Notes: generated by a model from the letters alone, not told the origin. Counted from the first letter of the stretch, positions 1-10,722 are shown. The stretch is DNA of 64,000 bases from Bryobacterales bacterium (GCA_963422375.2 OY729428.2:544001-608000), one strand, 5' to 3'. Translations and numbers: made by a program.

Positions 1-1137
1 GCGGGAATACCAGTCAGCCCGGAATCACGATCGCCGTTACCGAGGAGCGCCGCGATTGACGCGTCAACTCCCCTCGCCAATGCCGTTCTTGGGGTCCATC
101 GTGCGCAGTCGCCGACAGGACCGGCAAGATAGTGCTTTTGTCGGTCGACGGAACCAACGCGAGTTAGTTCTCTGCTCTCCAGATTCACGCCGAAGGACAC
201 CCTGACCCGGCCGTAGATGAACGTTTCCGGATCCACGCATGATGCATCCGCGACCGTATCTGTGTGTCCCGTGCCCAGCCCCTCCGTGCCAGCCCCCCGC
301 GAACCGTACCGACTTCCCTTGGGCTCGCCCGAACATCCGGAAGGGCGTACGGTCAGGTCTGACCGGATGCATCGGCCGCGGTGCCGGGTCGAAGGTCCAT
401 GCAGCTCGCCGTGAACGTCGCCTTGGGTGTGCCTTGGTCTTCCGCGCCAACGCGACGACAACTTCGTACCTCGGCCTGGGAGACGACGGTGTCGTGAATG
501 TCATTCTTGACGCTTACGCCCGAGTCTCCGGCTTCGTTCGGGACTCGTGTCGGCATGTCATACCAGCAGTGCTGCCTCGCACTCCGTCGTCTCTGCCGCG
601 GGGCCGCGGTGGTGGCGGTCATCGGTCCGTGATTCGACTCGGCAGCAGTCGATTGGCGGATTGCCGGTCACCCCCTGACTGCGAGTGGGCTCGAGCGATC
701 ATCGCAGGTTCCCGACCCCGTGGAAGGTCGTTCGCCCGGTCCCAAAGTAGAAGCCCCAGCAGTGAGTCCGAGGATTCGTCCCTTGCCTAGGGCACCCGAA
801 CTCCGGGTCTCCGTGGGCGCCTAGGGGGGGCGACCGGTGCGAGCCCTCAGCATGTGCCCGTCAAGCCTGGCAGCGCCGCCGTCAGGACGATTCTGTGGCG
901 GCAGGTGTGTGAGGCCTGCCAGACTGAGATTCTTGGCCCGCACTCCGGTGATGCAGTGCAGGCCAGCCTGCCTTGGGAGAAATTGTCGCCGTGAATGTCG
1001 CGACCCGCCTAGTCATGGGGGCAGCGACAGTTTCGGTGGTCGGTGGGAATTCGACAGCAATCTCTGACGGTCCGAGACCTGCCATCCCGCCAGGACGGGT
1101 GCTGCCGTTCGAATTGCACTTACCTTCGGCGTGACCA

Positions 1138-1508
1138 TTGCGCATTGAGAGCATACGGATTCGGCACTACCGTGCTCTACACGAAGTGGAGTTGAGCGAT
1201 CTACCTCCGCTTGCAGTCTTGGTCGGCGGTCACGGAACCGGAAAATCCACTCTTATCGACGTCTTGTCATTTGTAAAGGAATCCTTGCAGCACGACGTGA
1301 ACTATGCGGTGAATCGAAGCGGAGGTTTTAGTGAGATTCGAAGCTGGGGCCAAGAGGGACCAATCTCGGTTCAGCTTGGCTTTCGGGACAGCATGAATCG
1401 CTTGGCGACATACCTTCTAATCATAACGAGTCAACGGGGTGAGCCACTAGTCGAAAGAGAATTTCTCAAGTATGTTGGTAGACAAAGTGGGCATGCAACT
1501 GATTTCGT
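1138..1508 (+). pseudogene. COG4637/AAA_21-like ABC-type ATPase, fragment 1 (N-terminal, Walker A)
   Basis: MRIESIRIRHYRAL...VLVGGHGTGKSTLIDVLSF...RSGGFSEIRS; the frame runs into an IS30 terminal repeat at ~1510. Confidence 0.85.
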
Positions 1509-1563
1509 GCGCCCATTCAACTCCGAAGTGCGACACGCGGGTAAGGGGCGGTGGGCTGGGATA

Positions 1564-2784
1564 CTAGGACCGCAGTAGCAGATCCAGCGGCGCCGGACAA
1601 GCCGCTGCCGGGCCGAAGCGGGGGGCCGCGTCCCGGGCAGGCGGGCATGCGTGCCCCGTTTCCGGAACGGGGACCCTCCGGGCCTTGCGCAGGGAGCGGA
1701 GCGACCGCAGCAAGGCCCGGAGGGTCGAATCCGCGCCTGTCCGGGCGCAGCTCCCCCGTGCCCCTGTCCGGGGCACCCGCTCCCGCTCCGCCGGGAAGAC
1801 TTCCTCCGGCGTGCGCCCGCCCGGCACCTTCCGCGGACGCCGGTTCAGGCGGTCCCGCGCCTCCCGCACCCGGGCCGGGTCCGCCCGCCGCAGGTCCGTC
1901 CCCTGCGGGCAGTACTGCCGCGGCAGCCCGTTGGCATGCTCGTTCAGCCCGCGCTCCCAGGAGTGGCAGGGCCGCGCGCAGCAGAAGCCCGCCCCCAGCC
2001 GCTGCGCCACCTCCCGGTGCCCCGCGAACTCCTTGCCGCGAACTCCTTGCCGTTGTCGGCCGTGATCGCGTGCGTCACGGCCCCGCTCCCTGCGAGCATG
2101 GCCGTCATCGCCGCCCCGACCAGCTGCGCCGTGCGCCGGCTCACCGGCTGCACTAGCAGGTACTGAGAGAACCGGTCCACCAGCGTCACCAGCGCCCCGC
2201 GGCGCTGCCCGCCGATCACGGTGTCGGCCTCCCGGTCGCCGCCGCGCGCATTCGCTCGCGCCTCCGCCGGGCGCTCCGCGATGTCCGCGCGCCCCGGGAT
2301 CAGGCCGCGGCCCGCCGTCCGGCCGACCCGCCGGACGCGCTTGCGGCCGCCCTGCCTCGGGTGCCGGTACAGCCGGCCCCCCTGCCGCCGCTCCGCGCGC
2401 ACCAGCTGGTAGATCCGTTCAGGGCTGATCTCCAGCGCCCCTTCCCGCTGCAGCCGCGCCGCGACCTGCTCCGGGCTCCTGCTCCGGGCTCCAGTCCTGC
2501 CGCAGGCAGTCCTCGCTCCGCGTCCGCAGCGCCGACGTCAGCTGGCGCGGCCGGCACGACGCCGCGCGCCGCCGCCGCTCCGCGCGCTCCTGCGCGCTCC
2601 CCAAGCTGTAGCTCGCCGCGCGCTCGCCTTCCGCCGGTCGGCCGTTGCGGCCCACTTCCCGGTAGATCGTGGCCCGCTTGCGGCCCGGCTGCCCGGCGAT
2701 CCTGTCCGCTCCCCAGCCCGCCGCCCGCAGCGTCTCGCTCCGGCAGCGCTCCTCCTGCGTCACGTGCGTGTAGCTCTTCCGCAT
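1564..2784 (-). pseudogene. IS30-family transposase, frameshifted
   Basis: HTH start MRKSYTHVTQEER...GRKRATIYREVGRN; WSPEQ; GD(R)EADTVIG; ITADNGKEFA; HSWERGLNEHANGLPRQY; RLNRRPRK...RTPEEVF, spread over three frames with an internal stop. Confidence 0.9.
1672..1726. other. Perfect 17-bp stem hairpin in the 3' region of the IS30 element
   Basis: gaccctccgggccttgc (1672-1688) pairs with gcaaggcccggagggtc (1710-1726); 21-nt loop. Confidence 0.8.
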
Positions 2785-2910
2785 CTGCCTCCCTGCTCCT
2801 TCCAGCACCTACCAGCCTACTGCCGCGACACCACCGCTCGCTGCCCCCCCTCTCCCCTCCCTGCCATCTTGTGGCTCGGCGCCTGTCGCACTTCGGAGTT
2901 GAATGGTCGT

Positions 2911-3303
2911 TGAGTTTTGAGATGGTCGCGCCACGGCCGTGCGGACCGGCGCAGTAGTTCTCCAAGCAACTCCCCAATCTAAGCCGATAGAGCTTGCACA
3001 CTCTGGAGTTCTTGCGATCAAGACGCTCGGGAAGTCCGATGAATTTCGACTTGATTTTGAGTTTAACAAGATTGTGAATTCTTGGCACTTTTCCGAGGTG
3101 CAGATCAATTCAATGCAACAACGCACACAGATTGGAATGGCGGATCATCTTTCCTCCAGTGGTCACAATCTAGCTCAGTTTATTGAATTCCTTAGAAGAC
3201 GCCATCCTCGTCAGATGCGTTGGGATCTGTCAACCCTTCATCCATGGATACCAGGGTTTCAAGATTTCGAAGTTCGCTCAGATACCAATGATACTATTCG
3301 ATT
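2911..3303 (+). pseudogene. COG4637-like ATPase, fragment 2
   Basis: ...SGVLAIKTLGK...IVNSWHFSEVQI...DHLSSSGHNLAQFIEFL...WIPGFQDFEVRSDTNDTIRL; in-frame TGA at 2918-2920; low GC like fragment 1. Confidence 0.85.
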
Positions 3304-4812
3304 GGGAATTATATATCTGAGTGCCGACAACGCCATATCCGACTAGAACTGCTGTGAGCAGGGAGGTGGGTGTCGAGCTGGGGTCATGCGAGTGCGGCCG
3401 CGGCGGGCACAGAGGGGTGGGGGGGTGGGATCGTATCTGAATCGAGCCTGCCAGCGGATTGGACGAGGAAGGGACTAGAGAGGCCGCATCGCATGCCCCG
3501 GTGGAACCCGGTTTACGGTGGAAGGGCACCCCTTGCAAGCCGCTTGCAGGCCCTGCGAGGGGCGAAGACAGCGGATCCCCGGCGCTCGACGGCCTGCATG
3601 GCCGGTCCGGACCGGGCTGGGGTCGCGCCGGGGCATTCCGGATCCGGTGCGCCCCTCGCACCGAGCGTGAAGCGCGCGCCCGCAGCGGGCTGCCGCGCTC
3701 GGCGCGGCGGGCGCCGCTCAGGCCGCGACCGCGGCCTGGCCGGTCAGCTGCCGGCAGGTCAGCGTCCGGCCGACCAAGCCCCGCGCCATGCGCCGCATTT
3801 GTTCCGCCGTGTCGCAGTCGCGGTCGTTGCACCGTCCCGCGAACTCCGTGAGGTAGCGGCCGAGATGACGGACGCTCATCCGGTGATAGGTTCCGTACAG
3901 GCCGCGCTTGAACAGGGACCGGAACGATTCGATGCCGTTCGCATGCGCCGCCCCGCGCACGTACTCGCCGCCGGAGTGCCTGACGGCTTCGTGCGGGAAC
4001 TCCTCCATGCCGGCGTAGGCCGCCGCCTCGTCGGAGCGGACCTGCGCCCCCGGCGCAACGCGGGCGCGCACGAAGCCCTGCAGGTCGCCCTTGGCGGTGC
4101 CCGGCAGCGGCCGCGCGGCCACTGCGTTCGTGGCGCGGTCCCGCGCCCCCGCCACGGGCGTCTTGCCGACGGGCCCGCGCCCGGCGCGGGCCTTCTTCCT
4201 CTCGTGCTTGTTGCGCTCCTTGCCGCCGACGCAGGTCTCGTCCACCTCCACCGGGCCGGCGAACAGGCCCCGATCCCGCTCCCGGCACGCGCGGATGCGG
4301 TGCGCCAGGTGCCAGGCCGACTTCCGGCTGATGCCCGGGTCGCGGTGCAGCTTCATGCTCGCGACGCCCTTGATGCCGGTGGTCAGCAGGAACAGGGCCA
4401 CGGCCCGGGTGCGGTAGCCGAGCTCGGTGTCGGCCATCACGCTGCCGGTGCGCACCGAAAAGCGCTTGCCGCAGCCGCGGCAACGGTACGGCATCGAAGG
4501 GTGGGCCGCGTCGGACTGCACGCTGGAGCCGCGGCAGCGGGGGCACGCGGGACCGCCCGGCCAGCGCATGGAGGCGAACCACTTTTCCGCGGATTCGTCA
4601 TCGGGGAACATGGCGATCACTTCGATCAATGTGATGCCTTTACGGAACCACTTTCCGGGACCTGATTTCTTCATTTACGGTATCCCCTACTGGAACTATT
4701 CTACCAAGAAACACTACAGAATGTCAACGGAAAGTCGGAAGAAATATGAAATCTTATTATGGCTTGATAATTTGCCGACTTGATTCCCTCGGAACTCAGA
4801 TATATAATTCCC
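3304..4812 (-). mobile_element. IS1595-family insertion sequence, full length (copy A)
   Basis: Terminal IR gggaattatatatctgagt (3304-3322) / actcagatatataattccc (4794-4812); 8-bp target duplication attcgatt at 3296-3303 and 4813-4820. Confidence 0.95.
3718..4674 (-). CDS. IS1595-family transposase (open frame, several motif-damaging substitutions)
   Basis: Zn ribbon CPRC...CRGC..FSVRTG; GPVEVDET(C)VGG; SDE; V-H...EYVRG..H.NGIESF(R)SL.KRG..GTYH; YL.EF. Confidence 0.9.
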   Translation of the reverse strand: MKKSGPGKWFRKGITLIEVIAMFPDDESAEKWFASMRWPGGPACPRCRGSSVQSDAAHPSMPYRCRGCGKRFSVRTGSVMADTELGYRTRAVALFLLTTGIKGVASMKLHRDPGISRKSAWHLAHRIRACRERDRGLFAGPVEVDETCVGGKERNKHERKKARAGRGPVGKTPVAGARDRATNAVAARPLPGTAKGDLQGFVRARVAPGAQVRSDEAAAYAGMEEFPHEAVRHSGGEYVRGAAHANGIESFRSLFKRGLYGTYHRMSVRHLGRYLTEFAGRCNDRDCDTAEQMRRMARGLVGRTLTCRQLTGQAAVAA

Positions 4813-4820
4813 ATTCGATT

Positions 4821-5093
4821 ATACCTGAAGGACATGAGCTTCTGTGAACCATACAGCGTCGAGAGAGCCTCCAATGGAGCTCTATTGCGAATGGCTCATG
4901 TACTCCTGCTGTACGATCGGAGTCCGTATCCACTGTTGGTTATCTCACACCCATCTACGTGTCTAAATTCGGTGAATCTAGAAGAATTTATAGAGGAATT
5001 CCGTACATATACCGAGCCATCTTAGCAGGTGCTTCTATCAACAATATCCTGCGATCTACTGGATCACGTTGCATTAGAAGAAGTATTTTATTT
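4821..5093 (+). pseudogene. COG4637-like ATPase, fragment 3 (signature/Walker B/H-loop region)
   Basis: Removing IS1595 copy A rejoins ...DTIRL-YLKDMSFCEP...ASNGALLRMAHVLLLYD.SPYPLLVISHPST...EEFRTY...*QVLLSTISCDLLDHVALEEVFYL; cut off by a further IS1595 end at 5094. Confidence 0.8.
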
Positions 5094-6015
5094 GGGAATT
5101 ATATAGTGCTTGTGACAAAATCCCTGAATTCTGGCCTGATCAGCATTTCATACTACATCCTGATGTCGGATGGATCTCCAAACACAACATATAGGGCCCA
5201 AGGTCGGAAGTTGCTCAGACGCCAATCGCGAAGATTTCCGCGCTCTACCCAGAATTGGCAGGATTTCGGACTAGTCGTAGCATTCCAGTGAAATCTTCGC
5301 CTTGAGAGATTGGACCTAACGCCTTTGCTGTCAAGGGGATACGAGTTTTGTCACAGGCACTATATATCTGAGTGCCGACAACGCCATGTCCGACTAGAAC
5401 TGCTGTGAGCAGGGAGATCGGTGTCGAGCTCGGGTCATTCGAGTGCGGCCGCGGCGGGCGCAGAGGAGTGGGGGGTGGGATCGTATCTGAATCGAGGCTG
5501 CCAGCGGATTTGACGAGGAACGGACTAGAGAGGCCGCCTCGCATGCCCCGGTTGTCCCGGTGGAACCCGGTTGGCGGTGGCAGGGCACCCCTTGCAAGCC
5601 GCTTGCAGGCCCTGCGAGGGCCGAAGGCAGCGGATCCCCGGCGCTCGACGGCCTGCATGGACGGTCCGGGCCGGACCGGGGTCGCACCGGGGCATTCCGG
5701 ATCCGGTGCGCCCCTCGTACCGAGCGTGCAGCGCACCGAGCGTGCAGCGCGCGCCCGCAGCGGGCTGCCGCGCTCAGCGCGGCGCGCGCCGCTCAGGCCG
5801 CAACCGCGGCCTTGCCGGTCAGCTGCCGGTAGGTCAGCGTCCGGCCGGCCAAGCCCCGCGCCATGCGCCGCATCTGTTCCGCCGTTGTTCCGCCGTGTCG
5901 CAGTCGCGGTCGTTGCGCCGTCCCGCGAAATCCGTGAGGTACCGGCCGAGATGACGGACGCTCATCCGGTGATAGGTTCCGTACAGGCCGCGCTTGAACA
6001 GGGACCAAAACGATT
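5094..6015 (-). mobile_element. IS1595 copy B, truncated (3' end only), terminal IR interrupted by a MITE
   Basis: gggaattatata[MITE]tatatatctgagtgccgacaacgcc matches the copy A end; transposase C-terminus SFWSLFKRGLYGTYHRMS...; truncated by copy C at 6016. Confidence 0.9.
5106..5360. mobile_element. 255-bp non-autonomous element (MITE), copy 1
   Basis: IR gtgcttgtgacaaaa / ttttgtcacaggcac; flanked by tatata on both sides; homologous to 52247-52501 in the opposite orientation. Confidence 0.9.
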
Positions 6016-6975
6016 GGAAATTATATATCTGAGTGCCGAGGGAATCAAGTCGGCAAATTATCAAGCCATAATAAGATTTCATATTTCTTCCGACTTTCCG
6101 TTGATATTCTGTGGTGTTTCTTGGTAGAATATTTCCAGTAGTGGATACCGTAAATGAAGAAAAAAGGCCCCGGAAAGTGGTTCCGTAAAGGCATCACATT
6201 GATCGAAGTGATCGCCATGTTCCCCGATGACGAATCCGCGGAAAAGTGGTTCGCCTCCATGCGCTGGCCGGACGGTCCCGCGTGCCCCCGCAGCCGCGGC
6301 TCCAGCGTGCAGTCCGGCGCGGCCCACCCTTCGATGCCGTACCGTTGCCGCGGCTGCGGCAAGCGCTTTTCCGTGCGCACCGGCAGCGTGATGGCCGACA
6401 CCGAGCTCGGCTACCGCACCCGGGCCGTCGCCCTGTTCCTGCTGACCACCGGCATCAAGGGTGTCTCGAGCATGAAGCTGCACCGCGACCGACCTAGGCG
6501 TCAGCCGGAAGTCGGCCTGGCACCTGGCGCACCGCATCCGCGCGTGCCGGGAGCGGGATCGGGGCCTGTTCGCCGGCCCGGTGGAGGTGGACGAGACCTG
6601 CGTCGGCGGCAAGGAGCGCAACCAGCACGAGAGCAAGAAGGCCCGCGCCGGGTGCGGGCCCGTCGGCAAGACCCCGGTGGCGGGCGCGCGCGACCGCGCC
6701 ACGAACGCAGTGGCCGCGCGGCCGCTGCCGGGCACCGCCGAGGGCGACCTGCAGGGCTTCGTGCGCGGCCGGGTCGCGCCGGGCGCGCAGCTCTACTCCG
6801 ACGAGGCGGCGGCCTGCGCCGGCATGGCGGAGTTGTCGCACGAAGCCGTCAGGCACTCCGGCGGCGAGTACGTGCGCGGGGCAGCGCATACGAACGGCAT
6901 CGAATCGTTTGGGTCCCTGTTCAAGCGCGGCCTGTACGGAACCTATCACCGGATGAGCGTCCGTCATCTCGGCCG
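6016..6975 (+). mobile_element. IS1595 copy C (5' end plus frameshifted transposase from 6154), 3' end lost
   Basis: IR ggaaattatatatctgagt at 6016; transposase nearly identical to copy A, frameshifted by a gacc duplication at 6487-6494. Confidence 0.9.
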
Positions 6976-7519
6976 ACGCCTACTGGGGCGGGGAGCGGAC
7001 CGGCGGCAAGCGCGGGCGCGGCGCGGCGGGCAAGACGCCGTTCGTCGCCGCCGTGCAGGTCACCGCCGCCGGCAAGCCGGACAGGATGCGCATGAGCGGC
7101 GTGGCGGGCTTCCGCCAGAAGACGCTGGCAGCGTGGGCCGGGCGGCACTTGCAGCCCGGCACGGAGGTGCATTCCGACGGCCCGGCCTGCTTCCGGGGCG
7201 TGGCCGACGCCGGCTGCGAGCACGTGCCGACCGTCACCGGAGGCGGGCAGCGGAGCTGCGCGGATTCCCGCTTCGTCCGGGTCAACGTCCGGGTCAGCAC
7301 GATGCTGGCGAACGTCAAGCAGTCCCTGGCGGGAACCTGCCATGCGCTCGACGGCAAGCACCTGCCGCGCTACCTCGCCGAGTTCTGCTACCGCTTCAAC
7401 CGCCTCAACCGCCGCTACGATCTGGAGGCGCTGGTCCCCCGCCTGCTCCACGCCTCCGTGCGCACCCCGCCCATGCCTTACCGCCTTCTAACCTTGGCTG
7501 AGTCTTGTGGGTAATCAGG
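6975..7519 (+). mobile_element. 3' part of a different IS1595-family (ISSod11-like) element
   Basis: DAYWGGERTGGKRGRGAAGKTPFVAAVQ...VHSDG...TMLANVK.SL.GT.HA..KHLPRYLAEFCYRFNR...PPMPYRLLTLAE; ends ggctgagtcttgtgggtaatcagg. Confidence 0.85.
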
Positions 7520-7831
7520 TACACGAATGCGTCGCACGAGCCCACCGGTCAGGAGCGACATCAGCCGATGCCGTCCTGCTCGCGCTCCCAGACGCACCGG
7601 CGGGTTCCCCGGCTTGATCACCTATTCGCTACGAAACAATCAGATCTCCGCTCTCGGCCAACTGGCGACGCCCCTCCTCTGTGGATCTAGGTGCAGCCCC
7701 GCTCTCGCAAGCAATGGCGTCATCGCAGGTCACGATTCTTCTCTGAACTTCCGAGTCTGCAGTCGCCGCGTCCCCTCAATAGAGGCCCTTGACCCAGCCC
7801 AGCGCCGGCCGGAGTGGGAAACTGAAGGGCG

Positions 7832-9139
7832 ATGCCGCCGATCGCCCGATCACTCCGGACCGCCGCGCTCCTGCTCCTGGCACTCGCGACATTCGTTCGC
7901 GCGGAAGTCGAGCAGTTCTCGATCGTGCATCTCAACGACCTGCACGCCCGCCTGCTGCCTGACGAGCGAGGCATGGGAGGCTTCGCCCACGTCGCTGCCG
8001 CGATCCAGCGCGAGCGCGAGTCCGGCGGGAAAGTGATCGTCCTTCATGCCGGCGACATGGTGCAAGGCTCGCCGGTATCGACGATCTTCAAAGGCACGCC
8101 GGTCTTCGAAGTCGCCAACCGCCTCGGCATCGACGCGCTCTGCCTTGGCAATCACGAATTCGACTACGGCTGGCATCGCATCCTGGACTTCCAGCGGGTT
8201 TCCGACGCGCCGATCCTGTGCGCCAACGTCCGCAATGCCCGCGGCGAGACGCTGGTGCCGCCAGCGAAGGTCCTGACCGCAGGCAAGCTTGACATCGCCG
8301 TCATCGGAGCGCTGACCCAGAGGCTTAGATCCCTGATCAAGCCCGACCAGGCCGGCCCGTGGCGCACCGAAGCACTTGTGCCTTCGCTATCGCCCGTAGT
8401 GAGCGAGATGCACCGACGCGCCGACGTGGTGGTGGTCCTGGGCCATCTCTTCGACGACGAGGACGAGCTCGTGCTGCGCGAACTCGAGGACGTTGACATT
8501 CTAGTCAGCGGCCACGACCACGGCGGACGCGACGAGGAATTGCTGGTCGACGGGCGGATCGGCGTGAAGCTGCGTCCGTACGGCCGCGAGATTGGACGAC
8601 TGGACGTCTGGTTCGACAGCGAGCGAGGCCGGGTGGTGCGCCACGCATGGCAGCGCATCCCCGTGTGGGCGAGCAGATACCCGGCGGACCCGGCCACGAA
8701 GCGGCTCGTGGACGAATGGGAGACCAAGGTCTCGCAACAAGTAGACATCGACATCGGGCACTGCAGCCGCGATCTCGACCGAGGCGAGGTGAAGGCGCTG
8801 GTCGAGCGCGCGATCATCGATCGAACGGGCGCGGAAATCGCTTACATGAACCGAGGCGGCGTCCGCGACTCGCTATCCCGCGGCACGGTCAAGGCCAGGC
8901 ATGTCTGGAACATCCTGCCGTTCGACAACGAGCTAGTCGAGGCCAGCATTCCGGGACGCCTCCTACCGAGGGAGTACGCCGGCGGCCGGTCCCTGGATCC
9001 CGGCCGGACCTACCGGTTCGTCACCAACGATTACGTGGCTGGTCAATGGAGGGACCGAGCGGTCCGGTTCCGGCCCGTCGGACAGGTCCTGCGGGACACG
9101 TTCCTAGAGTGGATCAAGTCCCGGAAGACGATCCCCTGA
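7832..9139 (+). CDS. Secreted bifunctional metallophosphatase/5'-nucleotidase
   Basis: Signal peptide; HLNDLHA, AGDMVQGS, LGNHEFDYG, GHDH, MNRGGVR, ILPFDN, VTNDY motifs. Confidence 0.9.
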   Translation: MPPIARSLRTAALLLLALATFVRAEVEQFSIVHLNDLHARLLPDERGMGGFAHVAAAIQRERESGGKVIVLHAGDMVQGSPVSTIFKGTPVFEVANRLGIDALCLGNHEFDYGWHRILDFQRVSDAPILCANVRNARGETLVPPAKVLTAGKLDIAVIGALTQRLRSLIKPDQAGPWRTEALVPSLSPVVSEMHRRADVVVVLGHLFDDEDELVLRELEDVDILVSGHDHGGRDEELLVDGRIGVKLRPYGREIGRLDVWFDSERGRVVRHAWQRIPVWASRYPADPATKRLVDEWETKVSQQVDIDIGHCSRDLDRGEVKALVERAIIDRTGAEIAYMNRGGVRDSLSRGTVKARHVWNILPFDNELVEASIPGRLLPREYAGGRSLDPGRTYRFVTNDYVAGQWRDRAVRFRPVGQVLRDTFLEWIKSRKTIP

Positions 9140-9200
9140 CTGCCCAGCGGCGAGCGAAGACGAATGCCTCGCGGCCGTCGCGATTGGCCCGCCACCGGGC

Positions 9201-9632
9201 CTACTGCCCCCGACGCTCCTTGTCGTACGGCGCGCCGGTACCCGACGAGCCGAGGAAGAACTTGCTCCCGTCCTCGAAGGTCACGTCCCGTCCGTTGGCC
9301 CGGTTCGACCGATCCTTGGCCTGGTAGCCGTCCACGATCACCACCTGCCCGATCTTGATGGTGTCGCGCTTGAGCCCCCTGCGCAAGAGACTGTTGGGCG
9401 TGCCGCCCTCCACCATCCAGACTTCCTTCTTGCCTTCGTCGGTAGTGACCTCCAAGTGAATCCACGTGTGCGGATTCACCCACTCCACGCGCACCACCGG
9501 GCCCGTGAGCTTGAGCGGCCGGTTCGGGTCGAATTCCGCACCGAAGGCGTGATGCGCGTACATCGGCGCCGCGACCGCCGCCAGCAGGGCCGCCCCCGCC
9601 ACGATCCACTTCGAACGAGCTTGTCTGGCCAT
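9201..9632 (-). CDS. DUF6152-family secreted protein
   Basis: Signal peptide then HHAFGAEFD...LTG.V..VEWVNPH.WI.L.V...W.VEGG.PN.L.RRG. Confidence 0.85.
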   Translation of the reverse strand: MARQARSKWIVAGAALLAAVAAPMYAHHAFGAEFDPNRPLKLTGPVVRVEWVNPHTWIHLEVTTDEGKKEVWMVEGGTPNSLLRRGLKRDTIKIGQVVIVDGYQAKDRSNRANGRDVTFEDGSKFFLGSSGTGAPYDKERRGQ

Positions 9633-9666
9633 GGTTCCGTGCTCCTCGCCTTTCGATTGCAGCGGA

Positions 9667-10722
9667 CTAGTCGTCATCCGACTCCCCGAGCATGTCGGCC
9701 TCCAAGATCCTCGCACCGCGCAGGATGCCGCCGAACGAGTAATTGGCCTCGTGGCAGGCGTACTCGTAGACCCTGCTACCGGTCGCCGGCCACACGTACT
9801 CCCCGCTCCAGGGCTCGGTCCAGACGGTCGGGTCGTTCACTGTGAAGCTGTAGCGCAGCGTGTCCGCGTCAATCCGGCTGAAGCGCTCGACCACGTGCAG
9901 GTTCCTCGAGGCAGCGCCCAGCGCGGGCCGGTCGGAGAAATTAGTGGTGTCGACCACTAGGGTGTCGCCCTCCCAGCGCCCGACCGAATCGCCCAGCCAG
10001 CTACGGACGTCCTCCGGGGCGTGCTCGGCATTCATGCGGATAATGCGCGCGTCATGCACCATCTCGACGAGGATCATGATGTGGTCATCCGTCTGGACGA
10101 TGCGCTTGAGGTTGTTGTATAGGACCGGCAGCATCGGAGGCCCGCCCGTCGATCCGAATCCCAATAGGCACCGTTCCGCGAGTGGCCGCAGTTCGGGGTC
10201 GTCGTAGGGCCCCGGATCGAGACCTTCCTTGATCCACCACGCCTCCCCCTTGTTCGCACGGCTCATCTTCCTCCGCGCGACCACCCGCTGCTTGGCCTCG
10301 GGCGTCATTTCGGGCTGCCGACCGTTCGCCGGGTCCGTGATGATCGAGGTGCGCCATTTCCCGTCGATCCTGAACGCCCCGGATCCGCGGTCGATCCAGA
10401 ACGAGTTGTATCCGCCGACATTGCCGGCCGCGCCGGTCGAGCCGTCGCCGCCCTTTGGCGGCGCTCCCCTTTCGGGGTCCGAAGCCGCGTTCCTCTTCGC
10501 CATGGACTCGGCTTCCCTGCGGGCGATCTCGGCGGCCTCCTCGTCGGTCAGGGTCAGCTTGTCTCCGTACCTCGCGGGCCGCTGCAGCGGCGTCAGCGTC
10601 GCGATGTCGTAGGTGCCCGACAGGTCGGGATGCCCCGAGGCCGTTCTCGGTATGTCCGCGCCGAGCGACGGCGCGATGGCGAGCGCCGCGATGGCGCAGG
10701 AAATCAGGATTCGGTCCAGCAT
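9667..10722 (-). CDS. Secreted hypothetical protein of the family usually found next to DUF6152
   Basis: Signal peptide; IPRT..GHPDLSG, TPLQRP, ERC, WLGDSVGRWEGDTLVVDTTNF, LHVVERFSR, YEYACHEANY. Confidence 0.8.
   Translation of the reverse strand: MLDRILISCAIAALAIAPSLGADIPRTASGHPDLSGTYDIATLTPLQRPARYGDKLTLTDEEAAEIARREAESMAKRNAASDPERGAPPKGGDGSTGAAGNVGGYNSFWIDRGSGAFRIDGKWRTSIITDPANGRQPEMTPEAKQRVVARRKMSRANKGEAWWIKEGLDPGPYDDPELRPLAERCLLGFGSTGGPPMLPVLYNNLKRIVQTDDHIMILVEMVHDARIIRMNAEHAPEDVRSWLGDSVGRWEGDTLVVDTTNFSDRPALGAASRNLHVVERFSRIDADTLRYSFTVNDPTVWTEPWSGEYVWPATGSRVYEYACHEANYSFGGILRGARILEADMLGESDDD

Larger units (their letters stand above)
1510..2909 (-). mobile_element. IS30-family insertion sequence, degenerate
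   Basis: 26-bp terminal inverted repeats with 1 mismatch (1510-1535 cgcccattcaactccgaagtgcgaca; 2884-2909). A GT duplication at 1507-1508/2909-2910 is possible, so the ends are uncertain by 1-2 bp. Confidence 0.9.

Noticed and set aside
1..1137. Several short ORFs and a minus-strand frame open to the left edge
   Set aside because: No recognisable domain, RBS or RNA motif; may be decayed sequence but cannot be supported
690..7800. Shared tcatcgcaggt near 700 and 7720 as possible island attachment repeats
   Set aside because: Only 11 bp exact, surrounding similarity weak, no integrase or tRNA present
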